Assembly: GCA_963716055.1 (NCBI GenBank)
Contig: CAVQSR010000004.1
Coordinates: 448,118-512,117, forward strand
From: an uncultured Gemmatimonadales bacterium
Lineage (GTDB): Bacteria > Gemmatimonadota > Gemmatimonadetes > Gemmatimonadales > GWC2-71-9
DNA length: 64,000 bases
Reading direction: 5' to 3'
Every line of letters begins with the position of its first letter. Position 1 is the first letter of the stretch. A program made the position numbers and the translations under genes. This document shows positions 49,564 through 61,013 of the stretch, piece after piece. The notes under the pieces were generated by a model. The model made no database searches. It had not been told where the DNA came from and worked only from the letters and a program-made list of their open reading frames with translations.

Positions 49564-49775
49564 TCAGTCGAGGAACTCGCGGGCCCACAACTCCAGTGTC
49601 AGCAGGGTCCACACCGACTGCCCGTCCAAACCGGCCGGTTTGCCGTTGCGGCCGAGCAGGGCCTCGAGACGATCCGTGTTGAACCAGCCTCGGCCGCGCG
49701 CCCGCTGGTCGAGCAGCGTGTCGCGCACGAAGCCGCGAAGGGGCCCCACAAGCACGAGCACGTCGGTGTTCGTCC
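49564..49775 (-). pseudogene. Asparagine synthase (AsnB-type) C-terminal remnant
   Basis: ...GPLRGFVRDTLLDQRARGRGWFNTDRLEALLGRNGKPAGLDGQSVWTLLTLELWAREFLD-stop matches the characteristic AsnB tail (LW.LL.LELW.R.F.D). No upstream catalytic domains are present. Confidence 0.55.
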
Positions 49776-49839
49776 TTCGTTCAGCTCCGAGACACGTCGC
49801 GCCTCCGTTACTAGGCACGTTTCGTCGAATTCGATACCT

Positions 49840-50966
49840 CTACAGGGGAGTGAACCGGTTGTTCAAGACTGACAGTAGCAACTGCCCAAGCCTCGGCACG
49901 AGCCTGTCATAATTAAACTCTGATCGTGCGATTTTTCGATTCTGCGACCCGCGCTGCAGCACTTCAGGGGTTTGTACGAGGTGTTCGATTCGCTGGGCCA
50001 GGCGCTCAGGATAATGAGGATCGAATCCTTCATTGTACTCCACCAGCATCTCGTCGGGAAGGAGCCGCGCAGCCTCACCGACTCGGCTTGCGAGAACAAA
50101 ACGACCGCAGGCCAAGAACAGTGGAGCTTCGCAGTGGTCCGGGATCGACCGACGGCGTCGTTCGTCTGAGTTGAGAGACAGATGTCCATGGCATTGATGT
50201 AGGGAGGAAGCGACTCGTAGGGGATCTGTCCCACGAACCGAATGCGGTCCTCAAGACCTCGCGCGGCAGCCTGTCGCTCCAGTATGGCTCGCCCGGGACC
50301 ATCGCCAACGACAATGCCACACAGAGGCAAGTTCCTGAGCATAGTGAGCACTTCGATGAGTTCGCTTCCATAGCCCCATCGGAGCCGCTTGCTCCAGTTC
50401 AACGAGCCCATCACCCCGATAGCCGTGCAGCCATTTGGAACCAGCGCGTGGCGTAGTTCCGACGCCTCCATGGGGCAAAACAGTGCGAGGTCCACGCCGT
50501 CGGGTACCGTGTCCACGCGCGTAACGTCAAGGCGGGCAAGATAGTCTTGGAGGCCACTGCCTCGAACCACAACGTGGTCCGCACGGCGCAGGACGGCCCG
50601 CTCGTATCGGCGGACCATGGCCCGCCCACCCCTTCCAACTCGCCCATTGCTCCAAAGCAGTTCGGGCAACGGATCCCCGGTCTCGATCACGAGCGCGCAG
50701 GAACGCGTACACTGGTACATGATCGAAGCGAAGACCGCGGCATACCCCAGATCCACGAGATACACGAGGTCGGGGCGAAACCGCCGAAGCCTGCCGAGGG
50801 ACGCGAGGATGGCACGCGCCCTGGTGGTTTCCCGCCAGACAACGTCGACCTCAAAGTCCTTCGCCAGACCTGTCGCGAAACACTTGACCCGTGGCGCCAA
50901 GACACCGTTGGTCGAGCTGTTGACGACGATCGAGAGCCGCGGCCGCTGGCGCGTTGGTCGAATCAT
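49840..50966 (-). pseudogene. Glycosyltransferase (GT1/GT4-like), one frameshift near 50110
   Basis: MIRPTRQRPRLSIVVNSSTNG...VRGSGLQDYL...GDGPGRAILERQAAARGLEDRIRFVGQIPYESLPPYINAMDICL then (shift) ACGRFVLASRVGEAARLLPDEMLV.... Confidence 0.65.
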
Positions 50967-52019
50967 GACGAGACAGAGCCGCCCGACCCGACGATGCGCT
51001 CGTAGACAGCTTCGTACCGCTCTGCGACTCGCCCGATCTCGAATTCTCTGGCTCGCACCAACCCGTTTGCGGTCAAGGCGTCCCGGGCCGCACCGTCGGA
51101 GAGCAAGGAAAGGAGCGCGCCTCCAAGTTCGCGGTCCTGCACGATCCGGCCAGCGCGCCCGCCGTCGAGCACCTCCTCAGCACCGCCGTTCGGAGTGGCG
51201 ACGACCGGTGTCCCGCTTGCCATCGCCTCCAAGTAGGGAACTCCGAAGCCCTCGTATCGGCTTGGGAGACAAAATACCCAGGCCTCCCGGTAGAGTCGGG
51301 CAAGCGCCAGAGTGTCGAGCCGGCTGAACGAGCGTACTCCGGTCGCAGCGACTTCCCCAGATGACACCACCCAGAGTTCTGCGGCGGGAATCGCCGGTCC
51401 TGACTACCTGAGCAAAGACTTCGAGCAGCATGTCTCCGCGCTTGCGCGTCCCAAGGTCACCGACGAACAGAATGGAAGGCCTCGCGCTCTTCGGACCCGC
51501 AGCGAAGAAGAGTTCGGGATCATAGCCACAAGGAATGATAGACGGCGCGACGGGCCAGATACTTTGAGTGATGGACGAGATGGCCACGATCTGGGTAGCT
51601 CGCCGCTCCGCCATGCGTTCAAAGGGCACCATGCTCCAGTGATAGAAACGGTGGCGCAGCTGAGTGCTGTGCCGGGCCTCCGCTTGGGCGGCACCATAGA
51701 AAGTGCGCACAACGGGCCGGGGTGTACGCAGAAAATGATCGTCTCCGTGTGCATGTACCACGTCAAACTCGTCGAACCGAAGCCGACCGGCGAACCACGA
51801 AACCAGATAGAGCGATGCCCTGGCGTGAGACTGCAGCCAACCCGGAATGGGGATGGCACTGAAATGGTAGGCGGGCGTGGTCGCAGGTGGATTGAGCGCG
51901 AACACCGTCACGTGATGTCCCCGGTGGACCAGTGCGTGGGCCAGCAAATGCATCTGGCCAGACACCCCTCCCGCGTAATCCGCTCGTGGCAGAGCGCGAC
52001 CGATCATCGCAACGCGCAT
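50963..52019 (-). pseudogene. Glycosyltransferase family 1, one frameshift near 51380
   Basis: MRVAMIGRALPRADYAGGVSGQMHLLAHALVHRGHHVTVF... then (shift) ...VFCLPSRYEGFGVPYLEAMASGTPVVATPNGGAEEVL. Confidence 0.75.
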
Positions 52020-52043
52020 CGGCGAGGTCGAGCGCCTAGCCGC

Positions 52044-53474
52044 CTACGGCGCGAGGCTGGACGGCAATGGACCGGTCGGAACGCCGTCTAGCGCTCCTGC
52101 GGACCCCATCTGTCGCGATGCTTCCTCATCGTGAATCCTCGACAAGGCAACCAACAGCCCCGAGAGGAACCAGAAGTACTGCGCGAAACTCGATGCCACG
52201 CCGGCTAACGCTGGTCCAGCGAACGTCATAGCGACGATACCGACGTCGAGCGCCAGGATGGCAGCGATGATCGACACGCGTCTGCGGATCCCGTAGCCGT
52301 CCGCAATTGGATGAGACCAAACCGTCCGAGTCTCCAGAGCAGCCAAGCGAGAAGCAGGGGAGCCAGTATGCTCGCTTCCCAAGTGAGGCTGACCCAGTAG
52401 TTGTGCGCCGCACCGTAGGCGCCTTCTGGGTAACAGTTGCGTCGCTTGCCCGAGCGGCGGAGCCAGTGGCACGGCCGATGCCGATGCCGAATGGGTGCTG
52501 CACGATGACGTTGGTAGGGCCAGAATGTCCCAGCCCGCTTTTCGGAAAACAGCGCCCACGGCGTAAGGACTGTAGACAAGCGCGCATTCAAGGCGCCCCG
52601 GGTCCAACTGATCGCCAAGCCGCTGCCGCCCACCCCAGAATGGCCGTGGGGGTCAAGTATCGAACACCCTGAAGCAGAGAAAACGCCACTATGGCGATGA
52701 GAAGGCTAAACCAGAACCCTCGAACCGCCGATAGGAATATCGCAACCAGCATGACGAAGATGCGCCAACGAGAGAAGCACCTTGACCGTAAACCCTAGGC
52801 GCCCGCCACGGAGCAGCCCAAGGGCGAGCACCAATCCGACACCCCGTAGAGTCCGGGTCCACCGCCGTTTAGTGTGAGACCCGTCGGACGGTAGACCGAG
52901 CTCGAACTACCGGGCGTCCACCACGCCTCGCGCGCGATCGCGCGCCTGGTAAGTGTCGACTCAGGGCGAGGGCTTCTCCTGGACCGATATAGTACTGGGC
53001 GACGGCGTAAGCGCATTCGAGAGTGACCAGACCGATAATGAACCAGAGAATACCACGCACACGCTTTCGATCGGTGAATCCCGTTGCGGCCAGGAAGAAC
53101 AGGGGCACAGAACCCATGTGATAGGCCAGGCCCCCAACACGAAACGACGAGATTCGAAGGGGACCCCGTTGAACATCTGCAGAACGTACAGCGCGCTCAA
53201 ACCGACCAGGGGAAGGGCTATCGGGCTCCTCCTAAAGGCTCCGCCAGAGTTCTTCCACGGAGTGGCGGTAAACCAACGCATGTAGACGAGAGCCGCAGCC
53301 AATAGCGGGAGTACGTAGATCGCCCACTCATAGTCAAAGAGCAGCCGTACGTACCCGTCAATCCCATAGTAGGCAAAAAGCACGACAATCAGATGTGTGG
53401 GTGTGCGAGCGACGATCAGTGGCGAAGAGGACCAGAACGAACGTCGCCGCCAGAAAACGCGCGCTCGGCTTCAC
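52044..53474 (-). pseudogene. O-antigen polymerase/ligase-like (Wzy_C) membrane protein, many frameshifts
   Basis: Hydrophobic pieces occur in 4 or more frames. These include VKPSARFLAATFVLVLFA, LFAYYGIDGYVRLLFDYEWAIYVLPLLAAALVY, and the Wzy_C-type motif GAAHNYWVSLTWEASILAPLLLAWLLW. Confidence 0.6.
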
Positions 53475-53561
53475 AACAAACGGCCAGGCGAGGAGGGGTG
53501 ACGCTAGTGCAATCCCGCGCAGGAGATCTCGCGGTTGGGGACTCCCAAAGCTCGGGCCGCT

Positions 53562-54800
53562 TCAGCATGCCTTCGCCGGGCTTCGGCCAACCGGAGTGGC
53601 GATCCACCGCCGTTCCGCATCGGAGTACGTATGGCGCTGGTCATGAGCACGCCAGCCATCAGCTCCACTACCGTCCATTATCCCCAGGTAACTCCGCTCC
53701 AACTCTGCCACCATTCGGCCACCGCTGAAACGCTCGGTGAACCAGTTGCCTGCCCCGCTCCCCCATGCGCCGCCGCAACGGTGCGTCGCGCAGCAACACG
53801 AGGATCTTATCGGCCAATGCGACAGCGTCCCCCGGAGAGACGAGAAATCCGGTTTCACCGTCCGTCACGATTTCTGGGATTCCGCCCGTCCCGGCTCCCC
53901 ACCACCGGTGTTCCCAGGAGCAGCGCCTCCACCACGACCAGGCCGAAGGCCTCCGGCAGGATCGGTGGATGTGCCAGCACGTCGACCACTCTGAGGAGGG
54001 CTGGGACGTCGTTGCGCCAGCCTGCGTAATATCAATGAACTCGACAGCCCACACGCCTGCACCTGTGCCGCAAGCTCGGCCTTGTACTCGGGTTCGAGGC
54101 CGAAGAGGGTGTCACCGATTATCACGAAGCGCACCTCAGGGTCCTCGCGCGTATGACAGCAGTCGCTTTAATGAAGACGTGAAGCCCCTTCCACCTCTGA
54201 AACCGTGCTACCATACGCGACGACAGGGGCGTGGTTCGGGATGCCGAGCTCGTGCCGGAAGTGCAGTGCCTTCACGCCGTCGCGAGGCCACGCGTGTCGA
54301 TGCCCGGGTAGACAACCTCCATGCGTTGCGCCCGAGGACGCATCCTGCAGACCGCCTCGAGGCTGGCCCGGGAGTTTGCGTAAAGCCCGTGGACCGGAAT
54401 GAGCGCGGCCAAACGGTCCACGAGTTGGCCCGAGGATATCGTGTGCTGGAACCACGTCCGTTTGACCGAGGTCCCGAGTGCTGCCAGCCCTCCGTACACG
54501 TGAGCCATGGCCATGTTGGAGCAGATTATGTCGATCCTCTCCTCCTTCAGAAGACGGCGGATCGCCAAGACCGCCTTCACGGTGCTCCGCAGGAGACGGA
54601 AGCCTCCCCGTAGGGATGACCCACGTTCGCACACCCAGGCGCCGCGATCTCGGCTGCGAGTGGTCCGTCCTTGAGAAAACAGACAAAGGGAATGAAGTGA
54701 TGCCGGTCGTGGTGCTTCAGAAGTTCAGCAGCACGATCTCGGCACCACCACGTTCTCCGACTGGATGAGCGTAGAGCACCCGAACTGCCGTGCTCTTCAC
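53562..54800 (-). pseudogene. Glycosyltransferase family 1, many frameshifts; 3' end uncertain
   Basis: The pieces are VKSTAVRVLYAHPVGERGGAEIVLLNF, then LKHHDRHHFIPFVCFLKDGPLAAEI, then ...RFVIIGDTLFGLEPEYKAEL..., then ...GGIPEIVTDGETGFLVSPGD. Confidence 0.65.
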
Positions 54801-54801
54801 C

Positions 54802-55606
54802 TCACTGGACACTAGAGGACTTCACTGCGAGCACAGAGAGGTTGTAGGCCAGGGGTCCGAACTCGATGCCATCCTCCAACGCGGCGATCTCCATGAAGAC
54901 CCGCACGTGAAATCCAAATGCCTTTGAGATGAAAACGCCAAGAATATGCATCACCGGAAAGAGCAGCAGGCCGGTGCGGCGAATACGCTCCACCTTGAAG
55001 CCAACCAGCAGCCGTCTTAGTCGCATAACAGAGTAGTGACGATGCCTGAGTTCGTCCTTCCTTTCGCGCAAGATGACCGACAGATCGGCGCCCGAAGAGG
55101 CCCCGCCGACCTGACGGAACTGTTGTCGCAACGAATGACTCTGAGCCCTTGTGAGATAACTGAACAACCGGTAGAAAGTGGGCAACTGCAATTTCAGGTT
55201 CAGAGACGTCAAGCCACGTGAACAGACCGCGGTGCGGAGTCGTAATGACGAGAAGGCCGCTTGTGTCAAGCACGCGAGCGGTCTCCCGTAGAGTACCGCG
55301 ATCGTCCGCAACGTGTTCCAAGACATCGAGCATCACGACCGTTCCGAAGGTGCAATCCCGAAATGGCAGCGCTTCGCTGCGAGCCGCGACTAGGCCAAGT
55401 TCGTGATTCCGGTGCTTTGCGATACGAAGAGCTTCCACATCGACATCGATTCCAACGTAGCCTGAGTGGGCACGTCTCCTTTGCGTCTCGGAGGTGAACC
55501 GAGCATCCGCACAACCAACGTCCAGCACCAATCCTCGCGGAGACCCGTTGAGAAGCCTCTCGCAATTGGCTTGGCGACCGCCACGCAGCTTTCGAAGTAC
55601 GTCCAT
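54802..55606 (-). pseudogene. Class I SAM-dependent methyltransferase, one frameshift near 55200
   Basis: LVLDVGCADARF (motif I), ...FGTVVMLDVLEHV..., ...LVITTPHRG. The C-terminal half continues in the frame of ORF 54802..55326. Confidence 0.7.
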
Positions 55607-55765
55607 GGCTCAAGCGCCGGCTCGCTTCAGTGATCGGTTCCCACGGTGGCCGCGGCTCGAGCGGACCACCGTCCATGCGCTACCGCTCTCTCGGCAAGTT
55701 GAACTGGGCGGTTTCTTCCGCCTGCCGGCCCGACGCCGAGGACCACGTTGGATCGGACGCGATCG

Positions 55766-57556
55766 TCATCGGTTGCACGCCGCCACCACTATGCTCGACT
55801 GTCGAATGAGCGACCGTCCGATCGGATGTCCCGAAATTCGGGGGGCAGGAGAAAGGGCGAGGAGAAAGCGCACGATCCAACGTCTCTTGGCACGGTACGA
55901 CAGCACACGGTGACGGAGGTTAAGGATGTCGAGAGCTCTCAATATCCCCTTGACCCGAGGAGCCATGATTCGCTGTCCGTAGAGTCTCACCGTTCTGAAA
56001 TGCCTTTTGAGCCGTGCCTTGAATTCGCCAGGTGACACCGAGTTGACGTGGTAGGAGTACGATTTGCCCGCGGATTTCATGAATGGTGTCTCGACCAGTC
56101 GGTTCGGAGTGCTCAGCAAGACCGATCCGCCTCTCCGACAAGTCCTCGATAGGTGGTGCAGAAACTGGTCGCTCTGGGCGCTTTCAAGGTGCTCATAGAC
56201 TTCAAAGCTGACTGTCAAATCGAAACTGTCGCTCGCAAGCGCTAGATTGGCGACGTCTTGAACTTCGAAGCTCAGGTTCCTCCGATAGGCGTACTTGTCA
56301 CGACATTGGGCGATGGCATCCGCGTCGTGGTCCACGGCAACCACGGCTCGCGCAACCGCGGCGAGCAGTTCGGCCCCGTACCCCGAACCGCAGCCAGCAT
56401 CGAGGACGGCCCTATCAACCGCGAACGGCATCGCCCAGTAGTAGCGGAAGAGGTGAAAGAGGAAATTGCCGTTGCTCAGGTCAGGGTAGATGCGCTCATC
56501 CCGCGCCACCGCTTGCGCCTCCTGGGCTGAAAACGCGCTTCCACACTGCCCCGCACCCAGTAGAAGAGCCGTAGAACGGGAACGACGGGCTGGCATACGG
56601 CAGTGAGGGCCACCTCGCTGCCGGTAAAATGCAGGCCGCGGAAGTCGTGCGCGAGATGCAGGGGAACGAGGAATCCTAGGCCTACGGCAACCGTCAGTGC
56701 ACCGGCAAGCGGGTTCAAGACGGCGAGTGTCAGCCCGAGCGCGTAGAGAGCCAGGTAGGCGTAGTGAGACCGATTGAGCAACCTGATTGACCTGCGCAGC
56801 CGATCCTTGGACCGGGCGTGTTTCCGGAACAAGTATGGGATGTGCCTGGTCGTTCCTCGCCATGGTCAGCAGCTTCAGCGGCCTCGGATCTTGTACCGGG
56901 TGGCTCACGAACGCCGTCGCCGCAAACGGAATGACGTAACCTCGCTCCATCACGGTGTAGGCGAGGTCCGTATCTTCAAGGTAGTAGGGGAACGCAGGAT
57001 CGAACCCCCCTGCTTCGTCGAACACCGATTTTCGATACAGAATGTTGCAGGTCTGGTAGCCGCCTTCCAATGAAAGGCGACGAGAGCCGCGGTAGGTGAG
57101 CGTTGGTGCGATAGGCATCGGGATCTCGACCGCCCCTTCCACCGCACCGACGCCTGGATCAACGAATGGCGCCACTCCCGCTGCCAGCCAGTTCTGGTGA
57201 ACCACGCAATCGTCGTCGGTAAAGGCGAGGATTTCTCCTCGCGCTGACCGCGCGCCCACGTTTCGCTTGAAGGATGCTGAGCCGTCAGCGTGGGAAGGAA
57301 CAGCAAGGTAGGTCGACCTGAAGCCAGCGGTTTCGGCGAACGTCTGGACCACCTGCCCGGCGGAATCTCGTTCTCCACCCACCACGATTAGTTCGAGATG
57401 GCTCTTTGGGTAGCTGAGCTGGCGCACTGACTCCAGGAGGCGTGACAGCATTTCAGGACGATGATGCGTGGCGACGACGATGCTCACGGGCGGCGGCGCA
57501 CCCTGTCCGGCCTGGTCGGGGAGGGGGTTGAGCGCGGGGACCCGGTGGTTCGCCAT
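55766..57556 (-). pseudogene. GT2 glycosyltransferase (N-terminal) plus class I SAM methyltransferase (C-terminal): either one fusion or two genes merged by compensating frameshifts
   Basis: The N-terminal part reads VSIVVATHHRPEMLSRLLESV...AFTDDDCVV. The middle part of the 596-aa ORF is low-complexity, while a TM-rich alternative frame (56476..56832) fits a GT2 tail. The C-terminal part reads VLDAGCGSGYGAELLA...FDLTVSFEVYEHL. Confidence 0.65.
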
Positions 57557-57821
57557 GGCTCGACTATAATGTCATGGATACCATCGACCGGAAAGCCCGT
57601 CGTAGTGTCCTTGACGATCCGGCGCTGCACCCCAACCTATAGCCGCATGAGAGAAAGCCAAGATCCCAAGATCTCATGAAATCCGGCACATCGAAGGTGT
57701 GGCGTGCCTGGCGGCGGGGGCTGGCGCTCGCCTGGGTCCTGTTCGTCCTAGCAGCATACACAAAACAACGGCTTGAGCAGTCCCAGGTGATTCGCTCGCT
57801 CGCCGCACGGGTATTGGGGCG

Positions 57822-59639
57822 TTGAGCGGGCCGGCGGCGGCAATTCTCGTTGTCGTCTTGTGGGTGGGCGGGGCCCTCGCCACGGGAGCGGCGCTCGCTC
57901 GCCCGGCGGACGCCAACCTCTCGAACGTCGAGCGGCTCGCGAACGCTTTGTTGCTCGGCGCCGGCGCCCTAGGGCTCGCGCACTTCCTAATCGGGCTCGT
58001 GAGGCTCGACCGGCTCACCGTGACACTCATCATCGCGACAAGCTACACGCCTCTGCTGTCCGTAAGGGTACGGTGCTGGATTCGGAACGTCGTGCGCTGC
58101 CTGGTGCTCGGCTTGAACGCTCCAATGATCGGAGTCGTTGCGGTCCTGATCACGGTATTCGTGATCGCCATCCCCCGCCCTCTAGGCGATATCCTCGACG
58201 ACGGAATCGCGTATCACTTGCTGGGCCCGGCGGTGTGGATTCGCCGAGGAAGCATCTCTCCAGTCCTAGACAGCTCCCACACAGCCTTTCCCGCCCTCAT
58301 CGAGTCGTTGTTCTCGGCGGGCATGGCGCTGTCCAACGATCGCTTCCCCGGGATGCTCGGAGTAGTCTTTGCTGCCGTGCTCCTCGCCCAAGTGTACGGT
58401 CTAGCGCGTAGCCTCGGAGCAACGAAAGCGGACGCTACCCTGATGAGTCTTCTCGCCGCGTGCGCTCCTGCTATCATGTCCACCGCGCCCCTAAGCTTCG
58501 TCGACATTCCCTACGCTTCGTTCTCGCTTGGCGCGGTGCGCTTATTGCTCCTAGAGACGCTCGCGCCTCCTCACGCCGTGATGGCGGGTATGATGCTGGG
58601 GTTCGCGCTGGGCACCAAGTACACGGGGATCCTACTCATCGCGATAACAGGGGCCGTACTCCTGCTGGCCCACGTAGGCCGCGTGCCCGGACGAGCACTT
58701 AGCGGGCGCCTGGCCGTTGTGTTGGCCACCGCGGCACTCCTCGGCGCGCCGTTCTACATCAAGAACGCCGTGATGCTCGGGTCACCAATCTACCCCCCCC
58801 CTAAGGTGCTATCGTCCTTCTTCCACGCGAGCGCCTTCCCAGTTGAATCCGTGGATAGCCTAGAGAGCAGCCTCAGACGGACATATGACGGCTTCGGCCA
58901 CAGCCCGGTCGATTTCCTGTTACTTCCGTGGCGGTACACACTTTACAGCAAGCGGTTCGGTTGGCCCGGCGGAGTCGGGGCCGCTCCATTGGCATTGGGA
59001 GTGATCGGAGCGCTGGTGCTTGTCCGCCGCCGCCGCGCGTCACTCCTCCTCATGTGGGTGGCGCTCACGGCGTTCGCCTGGATGTCAACGCTTCAGCAAT
59101 CGCGATTCCTCCTCCACGTCGTAGGGATCTCGTTCGCCTTCGCAGCCCTTGGCAGCACGTGGCTGAAGCGAGAATCGCCGCGGGTGGGACGAGCCTGCGT
59201 CACCATCGTGGGGATCGTCTCAATGGCGTACGGCCTCGGTGTCATCATTCATGAAGGCGGAGCCCGTATTCTCGCGGCTTTTTCCCCCGTGGCCGAGCGG
59301 GAGCTCCGGGAGCGTGACGTGCCCTATCTCGATGCGTGGGAATATCTCAACCGTGAGCCGGACGTGCGACGTGTACTCATTCTGGAGGAGTTTGCGCCTA
59401 CCTATTACCTAACCAAGGACTACGTGAAACTTCTGGGTCAGCACGGCGAGCGACCGGTTCCCGGTATCGAGACGACAGAGAAAGCCCTAGAACACCTCGA
59501 CGATCTTCGCGTGACGCACGTTCTGGACGTAGTCCCACCCGCGTGGTCCGGAAGAGCCGCCTTCAAGATTCGCCCCACGCACCGGGTAGAGCTCGTGTTC
59601 GAGTCGAGGAACGCACGGATCTACGAAGTCGTGCCTTGA
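57822..59639 (+). CDS. Large polytopic membrane protein, GT-C (ArnT/PMT_2-like) glycosyltransferase candidate
   Basis: 605 aa with more than 10 hydrophobic segments followed by a soluble C-terminal domain of about 130 aa. A possible 5' extension starts at ATG 57676 in another frame. Confidence 0.55.
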   Translation: MSGPAAAILVVVLWVGGALATGAALARPADANLSNVERLANALLLGAGALGLAHFLIGLVRLDRLTVTLIIATSYTPLLSVRVRCWIRNVVRCLVLGLNAPMIGVVAVLITVFVIAIPRPLGDILDDGIAYHLLGPAVWIRRGSISPVLDSSHTAFPALIESLFSAGMALSNDRFPGMLGVVFAAVLLAQVYGLARSLGATKADATLMSLLAACAPAIMSTAPLSFVDIPYASFSLGAVRLLLLETLAPPHAVMAGMMLGFALGTKYTGILLIAITGAVLLLAHVGRVPGRALSGRLAVVLATAALLGAPFYIKNAVMLGSPIYPPPKVLSSFFHASAFPVESVDSLESSLRRTYDGFGHSPVDFLLLPWRYTLYSKRFGWPGGVGAAPLALGVIGALVLVRRRRASLLLMWVALTAFAWMSTLQQSRFLLHVVGISFAFAALGSTWLKRESPRVGRACVTIVGIVSMAYGLGVIIHEGGARILAAFSPVAERELRERDVPYLDAWEYLNREPDVRRVLILEEFAPTYYLTKDYVKLLGQHGERPVPGIETTEKALEHLDDLRVTHVLDVVPPAWSGRAAFKIRPTHRVELVFESRNARIYEVVP

Positions 59640-59807
59640 TTGCCCGTGGCTGTGCCGGGCAGTGCTGAGAGCACGAGGCGACCTTGGACAGGTCCTGGCC
59701 GCTCACCAGCTCTGCACGATTCGACCACGTGCGATTCGCCAGTTCCGCATGACTGAAGAGTCCATGTGCTGAATACCGCTTCCAAGGGAAGCGCGCGCAA
59801 TCGTACG

Positions 59808-61013
59808 TCACTTCGTCGCTCTTTCTTCGTTCGAGCTTCCCGTCACCCGCCGGGATCCCTGTATCACTGAGTACACACGTTCGATCCGCGAGAGAACTGG
59901 TTCTGGAGAGTACTTCTCTTCGATGAGATGACGGGCCGCCAAGGACATAGTGTGCCGTGACTGCGGATCGCGTACGAGCCGGACGACTTGGTCGGCGATC
60001 GTATCATCGTCCTCTGCGACGACGGCGTGGACACCGTTCAGGGCTTCGAGACCCTGCACCCCCTCGCTCGTAGTCACCACCGGCACACCGTAAGCCATCG
60101 CCTCCATCACCTTCACCTTCATCCCGCTCCCAAGCGGGACCGGGTAGACGAGCACCGAAAGCCGACGGAAATACGACTCCGTCTCCGACACGTCCTCCAG
60201 TATCGTAACATCGGGCCGTCCCAGAAATGCCTTCAGTGAGCGCCGCGCACCTCGTCCGACCATGAGCAGGCGGGCGTCTGGTAGCATGGCCTTCACCCTG
60301 GGCCAGATAGACGAAGCCAGCCGGGTAGCGGCCGAGCTGGTGGGTCGCCATCCCATACTGCCGATCAGACCGATGGTATGACCGTCGGGATCGGTCATCC
60401 CGAAGGGATAGAGGCTGGGATCGATCGCGAGGGGCACTGTGACAACGCGCGCGTCTGGGTTCAACTGCCTGATGACACTAGCATCACGCGGCGTAAGAGC
60501 GCGAACCACGCTGAACCAGTTGATCAAACGCCGCTCCGTACGCTTCATCAGCAGGCCAGACAGGAATTGCCGGTTCCACCCCTCCCTACGAGCGGCCATG
60601 TCTATTCGCGCAAGCCACTGGATAGAGAGTATCGCCCGCGGGACCCTAAGGCCGAGCCACCCGCACCATGTGGATTCCAGGTGAAGAACGTCGTACCCCT
60701 TCGTCAACTCTGATCGCAGATCACGAGCGAGCGAATCGGAAACGAAATAGGAGTAGGGTCGCCGAAGCGTGTTCCACTTGCGGCGGAGCCAGTGGCGCGG
60801 CTGGGGTGGATAGAGCCTGAGGTCCAGGTTGAAATGGTCGAGCCGGCCCCGAGCGTTGGCCGCGTACGCCTCCTCCGTATACGCTGCGAGCCAGCGCACC
60901 CGGTGGCCGCGCTCACTCAGCCCCTTCGCTAACACGTAATACCACCGGCCCGCCGGGTTGCCGAAGGGGTCCGGAGCCTCTGGGGCAACGACGATAACGT
61001 TGAGACTCCTCAC
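59808..61013 (-). CDS. Glycosyltransferase family 1 (intact)
   Basis: 401 aa. ...GSMGWRPTSSAA..., ...VYPVPLGSGMKVKVMEAMAYGVPVVTTSEGVQGL... is a GT-B C-terminal motif. Confidence 0.85.
   Translation of the reverse strand: MRSLNVIVVAPEAPDPFGNPAGRWYYVLAKGLSERGHRVRWLAAYTEEAYAANARGRLDHFNLDLRLYPPQPRHWLRRKWNTLRRPYSYFVSDSLARDLRSELTKGYDVLHLESTWCGWLGLRVPRAILSIQWLARIDMAARREGWNRQFLSGLLMKRTERRLINWFSVVRALTPRDASVIRQLNPDARVVTVPLAIDPSLYPFGMTDPDGHTIGLIGSMGWRPTSSAATRLASSIWPRVKAMLPDARLLMVGRGARRSLKAFLGRPDVTILEDVSETESYFRRLSVLVYPVPLGSGMKVKVMEAMAYGVPVVTTSEGVQGLEALNGVHAVVAEDDDTIADQVVRLVRDPQSRHTMSLAARHLIEEKYSPEPVLSRIERVYSVIQGSRRVTGSSNEERATK

Noticed and set aside
59563-59811. An 82-aa minus-strand ORF between the GT-C gene and the GT1 gene.
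   Set aside because: It overlaps the 3' end of the GT-C gene, has no SD sequence and no recognisable family, and its composition is atypical. It is probably non-coding spacer.
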